64,000 nt of DNA from an uncultured Gammaproteobacteria bacterium (GTDB lineage Bacteria > Patescibacteriota > Patescibacteriia > UBA11705 > DATKZF01), in the NCBI GenBank assembly GCA_964411255.1, contig CAYPKD010000005.1, forward strand, positions 5,547 through 69,546, given 5' to 3'. The notes beneath the pieces were generated by a model. It was given only the letters and a program-made list of their open reading frames with translations, was not told the DNA's origin and searched no databases. Positions within the stretch are counted from its first letter, which is position 1; each line of letters opens with the position of its first letter. Both the position numbers and the translations under genes were made by a program. This document shows, in pieces, positions 49,641-59,036 of this stretch.

Positions 49641-52118
49641 ATGAAAAAAATAATATTACTTACAATTCTTCTGGCATTAATTTGCACGTCTTTTTTAGTT
49701 GCTGCCAAGGTTAGTGCGTTTGAGCCTTTGGAAGAATTAATTCCAAGAATGAAAATCCCGATCCCGCAGCTTGAACCATTTCAAAAGCCTACTTATGTGG
49801 AAGAAGGAGGCAAGGGCTATATTTTCATTCCATGGATAGCCCAATATGTAAGTGCAATGTATAAATATGCTTTGGCTATTGGATCAATCATTGCTGTGAT
49901 TGCAGTTATGGTAGGAGGAATTTTATATTTAACCTCTGGCGGTGCGCCTGGCAGAATAGATCAGGGTAAAAATATTATTATTGGTGCTATTACCGGACTT
50001 TTAATTATAATTTTTTCTTATATCTTTTTAAATACAATTAATCCTGAACTGGTGAATCTTAAGGCTATTAGAATTCAAGCTGTAAAACAAGAAGCATTAG
50101 TGGTTGGAAATAATTGTAAGGATTTGGGAGCTGGATTTATAGTCAGAACTCCAAGCGGAGAAAAAGAAGGAACAACAGGTAATGCCCAGTATTTTGCATG
50201 CGGCAGTTCATATCCAGTAAGGTCAGGGGCAGCAGATGTGATTGTTCCCGAAGGTCAGAATTGCGATGGGGCGTATTGCCAAAAGGGTGCTTGCGAGACT
50301 GTTGATGGTAAACCACAGTGTGTGAATGCTTTGTTTACAGGAGAAATTACAGGAACGATGTTGTCCGGAGGAAGATATATTGATGAAGAATTTGAGCTTT
50401 GGGGCATGCCGGGAAATGGTCTTCTCGCAGCATTTCCAGTTCCATCTAAAGGACGATATGTTATTCCTTTAACAGCTGAATTAGAAAACAAACTAAATCT
50501 TGTAGACAAAGTGTATTTTCATCTACAGATAAATACCACAGGTGCTTATCCTTATTGGGCCTATAAAATTGGAAAGGAAGGAGTTGTTGATGTGGATTTG
50601 ATAAAAGAAACGGTAAAAAGTTATTTTAAAACTACAATAGATAGTGAATTTTATGCAGTAAAAAGTTATAAGGATCCAGAAAAAGCAATATGGGGATTCC
50701 CATACTCTCTAGATCAGATGTCCCCACTCAATCCTAGTTATGGTAATACCCCTTGTGATCCATGTTTTGTGATGCCTAGGAACGCTGAATGGCGATTTGA
50801 ACAGAGATTGCCTTGGTGTCAATTTTGGGAACCGACTGATCTTTTAGTAGCAGCAAAAAGTGGATCTGGAACAGTTGTAAATTTTAATATTGATGATTTT
50901 CCAGAATATCCTCAGTGGCCTCCACCGGTTCTAGTAAAAGAACTTCTATTAGATAATATTTCTGGATTACCTACGCCTGAATTTTTAAAGGGTGTTAAAT
51001 ACGAAGATATAGATTGGAATAATTTGGCTACAATCAATCCAGATTTATATCCTTATATGACTGATCCTGCTGAATTTTGTGTGGCTTCGAGTCAGTTAAC
51101 ATCTGCCTCTCCATTTCCTGGGACTCCATGTACTAGTCCGTTTGAGACAGCATTTGTTGCAGCTGATGATGCGAATGCGCCAGATGATTTAAAGGGGAAA
51201 ACATTATATTGTCGGCCTGCTGGTTATCAAGTCGGTTCAGGCACAGCAGTAGCAAAGTTTGAATGGACATTGGAAGATGCTAGGAAAGGAGATACGTGTG
51301 ATAATTTAAGTGTTGCTCAGAGTTTTCCAGGACAATTTTCAGCTGGACAAACAGCAAAAAACGATGGACAGCCATTTGTTAATTGTGAATCTGGCGTTAG
51401 TTGCCAATGGGTTAGCGGTGATGTAGGAGAATGTATAAATGGTTTAACATATTGTTTTGGGTTTTGTGAAGATGATGAAGCAGTATTGTCTATGGGAATT
51501 GGAGATCCATGCAGAGATGGCACCTGCCTTCCATATAAAGGATCAATAGAATTAAAATGCGTTTTAAATGGAAATGCCAGGGAATGTTTATTAGGCACAT
51601 GGGGATCATTTTGCAATACTGATAACGACTGTAAAGACGGTTTTGAATGTATTAAGCATGACACTACAACTACTGATGAAGTTCAATTTTGTGCAAAAAA
51701 GAATGCAGGAAGATGGCAGGCATGTGGAGATAAAATTAGCGGTAGTGGTACGAATTGTTCTTCTGGATTGGATTGTGAGCAAGTAGAATACGGAGAAGAA
51801 GGTGATAGTGACGCACAGTGTGATACAGGCCATTGGTCTGGAGCAGATACTAATAATTTGAAATTTTGTCTTGAAAGTACTTATGATGATAATAATCATG
51901 GGATCTGCTCCTGTTCAAATAATAGTAATTGTGCCAATACTTATGGTTGGGATTCTGGTGCAAATTATTGTAATTTAGCAGGTTATGAATATTGTTCTCA
52001 AAAAGTTGAAGGCGCATGGTGTAAAGTAGAGGGAAAAACAACACCAGACAATTATTTTTGCCATGGTGTAGGAGGTGAGTATGGAGTTTTACATCAAAAG
52101 ATTTCAACTAGTCAATAA
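49641..52118 (+). CDS. 825-aa secreted/membrane protein: T4SS-pilin-like (TrbC/VirB2-type) N-terminal module plus large Cys-rich ectodomain
   Basis: Signal peptide. IPWIAQYV..GGILYLTSGGAPGRIDQGKNIIIGAITGLLIIIFSYIFLNTINP. About 40 Cys counted by eye in the C-terminal 680 aa. Confidence 0.8.
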   Translation: MKKIILLTILLALICTSFLVAAKVSAFEPLEELIPRMKIPIPQLEPFQKPTYVEEGGKGYIFIPWIAQYVSAMYKYALAIGSIIAVIAVMVGGILYLTSGGAPGRIDQGKNIIIGAITGLLIIIFSYIFLNTINPELVNLKAIRIQAVKQEALVVGNNCKDLGAGFIVRTPSGEKEGTTGNAQYFACGSSYPVRSGAADVIVPEGQNCDGAYCQKGACETVDGKPQCVNALFTGEITGTMLSGGRYIDEEFELWGMPGNGLLAAFPVPSKGRYVIPLTAELENKLNLVDKVYFHLQINTTGAYPYWAYKIGKEGVVDVDLIKETVKSYFKTTIDSEFYAVKSYKDPEKAIWGFPYSLDQMSPLNPSYGNTPCDPCFVMPRNAEWRFEQRLPWCQFWEPTDLLVAAKSGSGTVVNFNIDDFPEYPQWPPPVLVKELLLDNISGLPTPEFLKGVKYEDIDWNNLATINPDLYPYMTDPAEFCVASSQLTSASPFPGTPCTSPFETAFVAADDANAPDDLKGKTLYCRPAGYQVGSGTAVAKFEWTLEDARKGDTCDNLSVAQSFPGQFSAGQTAKNDGQPFVNCESGVSCQWVSGDVGECINGLTYCFGFCEDDEAVLSMGIGDPCRDGTCLPYKGSIELKCVLNGNARECLLGTWGSFCNTDNDCKDGFECIKHDTTTTDEVQFCAKKNAGRWQACGDKISGSGTNCSSGLDCEQVEYGEEGDSDAQCDTGHWSGADTNNLKFCLESTYDDNNHGICSCSNNSNCANTYGWDSGANYCNLAGYEYCSQKVEGAWCKVEGKTTPDNYFCHGVGGEYGVLHQKISTSQ

Positions 52119-52124
52119 ATTTCT

Positions 52125-53039
52125 ATGCCAATAAAAAATAAATACCACACACCATATCAGCATTTAATAAATCCAGGACACACAGCCTGCTCTGGGTGTG
52201 GTTTGATTGTGGCAATGATTAATATTTTAGATGCGCTAGGTCCGAACACGATTGTTGCCAATGCCACTGGCTGCAGCGAGGTGACGACCAGCAAATATCC
52301 TCAGACTGCTTTTAAGGTGCCGTGGATCCATTCTATTTTTGAAAATACAGTGGCAGTGGCTGCAGGTATTGAAGCTGTGCTCAGAAAACAAGGAAAGGAC
52401 GATAATATAAATGTATTAGCCTGGGGCGGAGATGGCGCTATGTTTGATATTGGCCTTGGGTTTATGTCAGCCTCCTGGGAAAGAGAAGAAAATATTTTAA
52501 CAGTTTGTCTGGACAATGAAGCTTATATGAATACTGGAATTCAATCTAGCAGTGCCACACCAATAGATGCATATACCATGACCACTCCATCTGGAAGGAA
52601 ATCATGCGGTAAAAAATTAACTAAAAAAGATATGATAAAAGTGGCATTGGCTCATGATGTTCCCTATGTGGCTACAGCAACAATTGGAGATTTAGTTGAT
52701 TTATCTAATAAAATTAAAAAAGCATCCAAGGTTAAGGGGCCGAAGTACATTCAGGTTTTGACTACTTGTATTCCCGGCTGGAATGTTGAATCACATCTGA
52801 CAATTAAATTAGCCAGGCTTGCTCAGCAGACTGGCATTTATCCGGTTTTAGAATATGAGAAGGGCAAATTGATTTCTGCTAAAAAAGTAACAAAGGACAG
52901 GCCAAAAGTTGAAGAATATTTGAAACCGCAGGGAAGGTATAAACATTTGTTTAGCAAAAGCGGCAAGTGCAGAGGAGGAGTTGATATTATTCAAAAGCTG
53001 GCTGATGAGAATATTGAGAAATTCGGACTTCTCAAATAA
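52125..53039 (+). CDS. porB: 2-oxoacid:ferredoxin oxidoreductase beta subunit (TPP-binding)
   Basis: CSGCG, GGDGAMFDIG TPP motif. Starts 6 nt after the Cys-rich gene's stop. Confidence 0.9.
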   Translation: MPIKNKYHTPYQHLINPGHTACSGCGLIVAMINILDALGPNTIVANATGCSEVTTSKYPQTAFKVPWIHSIFENTVAVAAGIEAVLRKQGKDDNINVLAWGGDGAMFDIGLGFMSASWEREENILTVCLDNEAYMNTGIQSSSATPIDAYTMTTPSGRKSCGKKLTKKDMIKVALAHDVPYVATATIGDLVDLSNKIKKASKVKGPKYIQVLTTCIPGWNVESHLTIKLARLAQQTGIYPVLEYEKGKLISAKKVTKDRPKVEEYLKPQGRYKHLFSKSGKCRGGVDIIQKLADENIEKFGLLK

Positions 53040-53314
53040 CAAATCATTTTTTTGGTGGTCGTTGGTTGTTAGGCATGGCAGCCAGTATGATTTTTTGTTG
53101 TTAGTCATTAGACTTTCTAACCAATGACCTAGGCCCATAGACCAAACTGGCAGTCAAGACTTAAAACTAATTACCTAAAATAAATTTTTTTAAATTTACT
53201 AATTTGGGGTTCATCCCCTTTTTTTATTTTTTCTTTTTGCTTTTTGATTTCTTACCTCTTGCCACTTCCCAAAAAGTGTGATAAACTCTTTAGCAAGGTG
53301 TTTAAAGAATATTT

Positions 53315-56191
53315 ATGAATAATAATATCAAAATAAAAGGAGCTCGGGTCAATAATTTAAAAAATATTGATGTAGAGATACCCCGTAATAAGCTTGTAGT
53401 TATAACAGGACTGTCTGGTTCTGGCAAATCTTCACTTGCCTTTGACACAATCTATGCTGAAGGCCAAAGGCGTTATGTGGAGAGCTTGTCATCTTATGCT
53501 AGGCAGTTTTTAGATGTCCAAGATAAGCCTGATGTTGATGGCATTGACGGTCTTTCTCCTGCAGTAGCCATTGACCAGCGGTCAACATCCAGAAACCCGC
53601 GTTCCACAGTTGGTACAGTGACAGAAACCTATGATTTACTTCGATTATTATATGCCAGAATAGGTGTCCCTCATTGTCCAAAGTGTGGCAAAGAAGTTAA
53701 GAGACAGACGGTCGAGCAGATTGTAGATAAGATTTGGGCAATTGATAATAATGTCAATGTTACAGTTTTAGCACCAGTGATAAAGGAACAAAAAGGCAGG
53801 CATCATAAAATTTTTGAAGAATTACAAAAAGCAAATTTTTATCAGGTTCGTTTTGATGGCATTGTTTATAATTTAGAGGAGGTTTTAGAAATGCCGATTG
53901 ATAAGCAAAAAAAACATATAATTGAGGTTGTCATTGACAGGGTAATGCTTGATGGAGATAAAGAAGTAAAAAATCAGCTGCTTGAATCGGTGAAGATAGC
54001 CTTGGATCTGGGTAATGGCCTGTCAATAATCCAAAGGTCTGACAAGGATGAAGACCAGCTTTTTAGCCAATATTACAATTGTCCTGATTGCGGTATAAGC
54101 TTGCCGGAAATTGATTTAAGGAGCTTTTCATTTAATTCTCCAAATGGCGCTTGCCCAGAATGCAGTGGCTTGGGAACAAAGCAGGAAGTTGATCCGGAAT
54201 TAGTGATTTCAAATCCAAGGCTGACTTTAGCTGAAGGGGCAATCAAGCCATGGACGAAAATTTTTTCAACCCAGACAACAAATTGGCAGCTGTTGGAGGC
54301 AGTGGCTAAAAAATATAAATTTTCTGTAAATATTGCTGCAGAAAAATTGTCAAAAAAAGCAAAAGAAATTATTTTATACGGCACTGATGGAGATCTCTAC
54401 CAAATAGGAAGCAAATCTTTGCCATTTGAGGGTGTCATTCCATTTTTAGAAAAAAAATATAAATCAACAGACTCTGATTATATTCGAAAAGAAATTGAAA
54501 AGTACATGCGCATGCATATTTGTCCTCTGTGCGAAGGAAGAAGATTAAAACCAGAATCTCTTGCTGTAACAGTGGGCGGTTTGTCTATTTCTGAATTATC
54601 GAGCCTGCCAATTGAAAAAATTAAAATATTTTGTGATGAGGCTGTTCGCAGCGTAAAGGAAAAAGCAAAAAGACTACCAAAGGGGTATTCAATAATAAAA
54701 GAATCAGTTAATGAAAAAGCATTAAATATTGGACGGCAGATTTTTACAGAACTTGAGAGAAGATTGTTATATATTGAGGATGTGGGTTTAAGCTATTTAA
54801 CTTTAGACCGGAGCTCTGTTACTTTATCAGGCGGTGAAGCTCAAAGAATACGATTAGCCACTCAGATGGGTTCAAAGCTGGCAGAAGTAATTTATGTTTT
54901 GGACGAGCCAACAATTGGTTTACATCAGGCTGATATAAATAAATTAATACAAGCACTAAAAAAATTAAAAGCACAAAATAATAGCGTAATTGTAGTTGAA
55001 CATGATGAGACTACAATGCTTGAAGCTGATCAAATTATTGATATAGGGCCAGGTGCTGGAATTTACGGCGGAGAAGTAATTGCTCAGGGGTCTCCTGAGC
55101 AGATAAAAAAAGACAGCAATTCTTTAACAGGTAAATATTTATCTGGTAAATATAAAATTGAAGTACCAAAGATTGACAGAAAAAAAAGAGGCAATGGCAA
55201 AAGCATATCAATCAAGGGCGCATCTGCTAACAATTTAAAAAACATTAATGTTGATATTCCTCTGGGAAATTTCGTTTGTATTACTGGGGTATCAGGATCT
55301 GGAAAGTCAACTTTGATGACTGATATTTTATCAAAGGCACTGGCTAGAAAATTTTATCGGTCAAAAGAAATTCCATCTGATCATAAAAGCATTAATGGTA
55401 TCCAGCATTTAGATAAAGTTATTTCAATAGATCAAACTCCAATTGGCAGAACTCCACGTTCAAACCCGGCTACCTATACTGGGATTTTTACATATATCAG
55501 GGATTTATTTACACAAGTGCCTGAATCAAAGATTAAAGGTTTTGATGCCGGCAAGTTTAGTTTTAATGTAAAAGGCGGCAGATGTGAAGAATGTGGTGGA
55601 GATGGTTTTGTGAAAATAGAAATGCAGTTTTTGCCTGATGTTTATGTGACTTGTGATGAATGCAAGGGGAAAAGATATAAAAAAGAAGTTTTGGAAATAC
55701 ATTATCGGGGAAAAAATATTGCTGATGTTTTAGAAATGACTGTATCAGAGGCGAGAGAATTTTTTAATGACACGCCAATACTAAAGGAAAAATTAACCAC
55801 CTTAGAAGAAGTGGGACTTGGATATTTACAGCTTGGCCAGCCAGCCACTACTTTATCTGGCGGTGAAGCTCAGAGGATTAAACTGGCCACAGAACTTTCA
55901 AGGTATTCAACCGGTAAAACTTTATATATTTTAGATGAACCGACAACTGGCTTGCATTTTGATGATATAAAAAGATTATTGATAATTTTGAATCGATTGG
56001 TTGATAAAGGTAATTCAGTTTTAATTATTGAGCATAATTTAGATGTAATAAAGCAGGCAGATTGGATAATTGACTTAGGCCCTGAGGGAGGAGAAAAAGG
56101 CGGATATTTAGTGGCTGAAGGCAGCCCTGAGCAGATAGTGAAAATAAAAAAGTCTGCGACCAGCCAATATTTGAAAAAAGTTTTGAAATAG
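53315..56191 (+). CDS. uvrA: Excinuclease ABC subunit A
   Basis: Two ABC ATPase modules ([20 protein letters not shown], two LSGGEAQR) and zinc-finger Cys pairs. Confidence 0.97.
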   Translation: MNNNIKIKGARVNNLKNIDVEIPRNKLVVITGLSGSGKSSLAFDTIYAEGQRRYVESLSSYARQFLDVQDKPDVDGIDGLSPAVAIDQRSTSRNPRSTVGTVTETYDLLRLLYARIGVPHCPKCGKEVKRQTVEQIVDKIWAIDNNVNVTVLAPVIKEQKGRHHKIFEELQKANFYQVRFDGIVYNLEEVLEMPIDKQKKHIIEVVIDRVMLDGDKEVKNQLLESVKIALDLGNGLSIIQRSDKDEDQLFSQYYNCPDCGISLPEIDLRSFSFNSPNGACPECSGLGTKQEVDPELVISNPRLTLAEGAIKPWTKIFSTQTTNWQLLEAVAKKYKFSVNIAAEKLSKKAKEIILYGTDGDLYQIGSKSLPFEGVIPFLEKKYKSTDSDYIRKEIEKYMRMHICPLCEGRRLKPESLAVTVGGLSISELSSLPIEKIKIFCDEAVRSVKEKAKRLPKGYSIIKESVNEKALNIGRQIFTELERRLLYIEDVGLSYLTLDRSSVTLSGGEAQRIRLATQMGSKLAEVIYVLDEPTIGLHQADINKLIQALKKLKAQNNSVIVVEHDETTMLEADQIIDIGPGAGIYGGEVIAQGSPEQIKKDSNSLTGKYLSGKYKIEVPKIDRKKRGNGKSISIKGASANNLKNINVDIPLGNFVCITGVSGSGKSTLMTDILSKALARKFYRSKEIPSDHKSINGIQHLDKVISIDQTPIGRTPRSNPATYTGIFTYIRDLFTQVPESKIKGFDAGKFSFNVKGGRCEECGGDGFVKIEMQFLPDVYVTCDECKGKRYKKEVLEIHYRGKNIADVLEMTVSEAREFFNDTPILKEKLTTLEEVGLGYLQLGQPATTLSGGEAQRIKLATELSRYSTGKTLYILDEPTTGLHFDDIKRLLIILNRLVDKGNSVLIIEHNLDVIKQADWIIDLGPEGGEKGGYLVAEGSPEQIVKIKKSATSQYLKKVLK

Positions 56192-56227
56192 AACTATATT
56201 GACGAATATATAGATTTATAATATACT

Positions 56228-56254
56228 AAAAAATGCCTTTAATGGCATTTTTTG
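56228..56254 (+). terminator. Rho-independent terminator after uvrA
   Basis: AAAATGCC-TTTAAT-GGCATTTT followed by TT. Confidence 0.7.
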
Positions 56255-56310
56255 AATTTATTTAACCGCGCTTGCAGTAAACTTTGCTCTTTGAGGAGGG
56301 GAAAAAGAGC

Positions 56311-56622
56311 ATGACAATGACTGTTTCAACAGCAGAGGCCGAGCCTGGCAAGGCTCCATCAGAATTAATGGCTTGTCCGCATTGCGGAGCAATTGCCCAG
56401 AAAGGGGAAGATGGGCAATTAAAGCAGCCGTTAGATATGGATGAATTAGGTGATGAAGTTTTAAATCAACTTGATTTATTGTCTTTGGAAGATAAAGTAT
56501 ATATGCTGAATAATCGGCGAAATACCCGAATCTGGCAGGATTGGCTGGATAAGAATGGTTTTGACTATATTGCCTGCATTGCCTGCGGACATTTCTACCA
56601 GCCAGAGCAGGAGGAAAGCTGA
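56311..56622 (+). CDS. 103-aa zinc-ribbon protein (CPHC...CIAC)
   Basis: SD GAGGAGG. Start placed at ATG 56311. Antisense ORF 56258..56722 rejected. Confidence 0.6.
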   Translation: MTMTVSTAEAEPGKAPSELMACPHCGAIAQKGEDGQLKQPLDMDELGDEVLNQLDLLSLEDKVYMLNNRRNTRIWQDWLDKNGFDYIACIACGHFYQPEQEES

Positions 56623-56654
56623 AGGGTACTGAATATGAATCTAGGGAGTAGAAA

Positions 56655-56918
56655 ATGGTTGCCCGTGTCATTCCGTTAAACCGTGCTCCGCCTAAAGTGC
56701 AGCAAAAGCACTTGACGCACAAAATGAATCAGGCTTTGAGCAAATTGCCAACAAAAGTTGTAGATCAGCTTTTCAATGAGCAGGATGTTTCAAAGTTTAA
56801 TTCAATTGCCTTTGTTTGTGGCAGTTGGCGCTGCTCAAAATGCCACTTTTTTTCTGATATACATCGAATTGATTCGTCGTATTGCAGGAATTGTGGCAAA
56901 TATTTGTTTGGACTTTAA
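56655..56918 (+). CDS. 87-aa zinc-ribbon protein (C-x4-C-x2-C ... C-x2-C)
   Basis: SD AGGGAG. FVCGSWRCSKCHFF...YCRNCGKY. Confidence 0.6.
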   Translation: MVARVIPLNRAPPKVQQKHLTHKMNQALSKLPTKVVDQLFNEQDVSKFNSIAFVCGSWRCSKCHFFSDIHRIDSSYCRNCGKYLFGL

Positions 56919-56944
56919 CCGTCATCATTGTGGCGGTTTTTTTA
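56917..56944 (+). terminator. Rho-independent terminator
   Basis: AACCG..CGGTT followed by TTTTTTT. Confidence 0.55.
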
Positions 56945-57009
56945 TTGAAGTTAGAAAATAGAATTTAAAACCAATTTTTATTTTAAAAAACTGTCTAGGT
57001 TCAGACAGT

Positions 57010-57414
57010 TTATTTTTTATTTTCGAGAAGATGTTTCATTCTGTTAAATAATGCTTTTTTTTCTAATGGCTTATCCATATAATCATCCGCTCCATATAGC
57101 GGCGAAGTCATTTCGTTCAGCTGTGGTCCAATTCCGCTTACAATTAAAATTATTGATGGGGGAAATTTTGGATGAGTTTGTTCATAATATCTAATTCTCC
57201 GGCATGTTTCCCAACCATTTTGGACTGGCATCATTACATCCAGTATGACAAAATTTGGTTTTACTTTTTCAAAAACCTCAAAGGCCTCACATCCATCGTA
57301 TGCTTCAAAAATTTCTACTTCTTGCCCCTCTTCTGCAAATCTTTTACAAAGTTCTTTGTGCCAAAGATTACAGATTTCCATGTCATCATCAGCTATCAAA
57401 ATTCTTAATAGCAT
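57010..57414 (-). CDS. Stand-alone response-regulator receiver (CheY-like) protein
   Basis: SD AAGGAGGGG. ILIADDD, phospho-acceptor context FVILDVMMP, conserved K in YMDKP. Confidence 0.85.
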   Translation of the reverse strand: MLLRILIADDDMEICNLWHKELCKRFAEEGQEVEIFEAYDGCEAFEVFEKVKPNFVILDVMMPVQNGWETCRRIRYYEQTHPKFPPSIILIVSGIGPQLNEMTSPLYGADDYMDKPLEKKALFNRMKHLLENKK

Positions 57415-57503
57415 GACCCCTCCTTATGTTGCCTACAGGCATAAAAAAAATGGTACACTAAATGAGGAAAAAGATCAAGATTTTTTTAAAAAACCACCTA
57501 AAT

Positions 57504-57875
57504 TTAGGCGGTTTGATGTTGGGGGTCTTTCAGGATTATTTTTTTTAAATCAGATTCCTGAATTGGTTTGGGAATGGTGTAATCTGGTCCCCAACCTTTG
57601 ACCGGATTTTTTGAAAATTCTGTATCTGGTTTTACTCTGATTAAAGTAAATTTTAGAAAACGAGTAGCCTGCAATATTGGTTCTAATCTTTGCCTAGTAT
57701 TATCATCTACTAAAACAAATGATGGCTCTTGGGTTCTCAAAAACTCCATTGCTTTTTCTAAAACATCAGTGTTACACATTACTATGTTTCGAGGTTGATA
57801 GGTTGGATACAAAAATTTTTGCATGGCCTTAAAAATATCAAAGTCAGCTGAAATAATTAAAATTTTAAGTTTCAT
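57504..57875 (-). CDS. Receiver-like (pseudo-receiver?) domain protein
   Basis: SD GGAGGAGG. KILIISADFD replaces the acidic pair; FVLVDD retained. Confidence 0.6.
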   Translation of the reverse strand: MKLKILIISADFDIFKAMQKFLYPTYQPRNIVMCNTDVLEKAMEFLRTQEPSFVLVDDNTRQRLEPILQATRFLKFTLIRVKPDTEFSKNPVKGWGPDYTIPKPIQESDLKKIILKDPQHQTA

Positions 57876-57923
57876 GCCTCCTCCATTTATCCTCAGTTTA
57901 GATATTATCTTATATCAAAAATA

Positions 57924-57950
57924 AAAAATTGGCAATAGTAGCCAATTTTT
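57924..57950. terminator. Bidirectional terminator (after rplS)
   Basis: AAAAATTGGC-AATAGTA-GCCAATTTTT. Confidence 0.7.
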
Positions 57951-57958
57951 AGAAGAAT

Positions 57959-58285
57959 TTATTTTATCTCTTTTAATCTAGTATGAGATGTTCTTAAATA
58001 TCCCAATTTTGCCCGCCTGACTCTGTATGTTTTTGCTACTTCGATTTTTTCCAAAGTAGGCATGTGCAACGGAAATATTTTTTCAACTCCAACACCATCA
58101 GAAATTTTTCTGACTGTAATGGTCGCCCCGGGTTCTGATCCATGTCTTCTGGCTAAAACCATTCCTTCAAAAACCTGGATTCTTTCTTTTTCCTCGCCTT
58201 TTGGGTTTAGCTCCTTAATTTTTTGGTGAACACGAACAACCTTGCCTGGTTGAATTTCTGGATATAATTGTTTTTTTTCTGACAT
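57959..58285 (-). CDS. rplS: 50S ribosomal protein L19
   Basis: About 108 aa with conserved ERIQVFEG and TVRK segments. Confidence 0.93.
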   Translation of the reverse strand: MSEKKQLYPEIQPGKVVRVHQKIKELNPKGEEKERIQVFEGMVLARRHGSEPGATITVRKISDGVGVEKIFPLHMPTLEKIEVAKTYRVRRAKLGYLRTSHTRLKEIK

Positions 58286-58374
58286 AGAATTGTAGATTGA
58301 TAGTCTTTAGACTGTTTTTATTGTTTATGAGTAACACGCTAAAGTTTGTCATACTGGAAAAGAATTGTCAAGTT

Positions 58375-58923
58375 TTATGTAAATATGATTTTCTCACATT
58401 CTAACATTGTTTGATCTATTTTATTTTCTTTATTATATACACTGTAATCTGCCTGAGAAGCCAGTTTAAGCTCTTTTGGTATGAAGCTTTTTCTTTTTTC
58501 AAATATCTCTTTTGGCAGATTTCTTTTTTTAAGCCTTTTTTCAATATTTTCCGGCTTGGCAGTTAAAAATATTTTTGAAATGAAATCCTTTTTATATTCT
58601 TTTTTATTAATTGACAAAGGATCAATGGTGGTGATAGCAATTTTACCTTGCTGCCAGATTTTTTCAAGTTCAGGCATTGGTTTTCCATAATAATTTCCAT
58701 AAACTTGTTCCCATTCAATTAAATTGTGCTGCGCAATTAATTTTTTAAAATCTTTTTCAGTTAAAAAAATATATTCACCGCTTGTTTCATCTTTTTTTCT
58801 TGGTAGTCTGGTAGTGTAGGTGATTAGGCGCTTAATTTTATCAGAATGTTTTTCTAAAATTTTATTAACGATTGTAGTTTTTCCTACACCAGACGGTCCT
58901 GAAAAAATTATTAATTTATTCAT
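58375..58923 (-). CDS. gmk: Guanylate kinase
   Basis: P-loop GPSGVGKTT, TTRLPRKKDE..G..Y.F motif. Confidence 0.9.
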   Translation of the reverse strand: MNKLIIFSGPSGVGKTTIVNKILEKHSDKIKRLITYTTRLPRKKDETSGEYIFLTEKDFKKLIAQHNLIEWEQVYGNYYGKPMPELEKIWQQGKIAITTIDPLSINKKEYKKDFISKIFLTAKPENIEKRLKKRNLPKEIFEKRKSFIPKELKLASQADYSVYNKENKIDQTMLECEKIIFT

Positions 58924-58994
58924 ATATATAGAAAGCTTAATGGGCTTGATAAGGCTTAAGAAGGTAAAGAGGGCAATTTCATTGCTTCATTATT

Positions 58995-59034
58995 TAACAT
59001 ATAATAACATCATAACCTCGTAACTTCATAACTT
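58995..59034 (+). repeat. 8-nt-periodic word array (CATAACNN)
   Basis: TAACATAT AATAACAT CATAACCT CGTAACTT CATAACTT. Confidence 0.75.
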
Positions 59035-59036
59035 TT

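Noticed and set aside
56258-56722. 154-aa minus-strand ORF covering both zinc-ribbon genes.
   Set aside because: It has no SD and is antisense to two SD-led ORFs with paired CxxC motifs. It is a typical shadow ORF in G+C-richer DNA.
3299-59036. CRISPR arrays among the periodic intergenic repeats.
   Set aside because: The units are only 8 nt, degenerate and contiguous, without unique spacers. No cas genes are present in the window.
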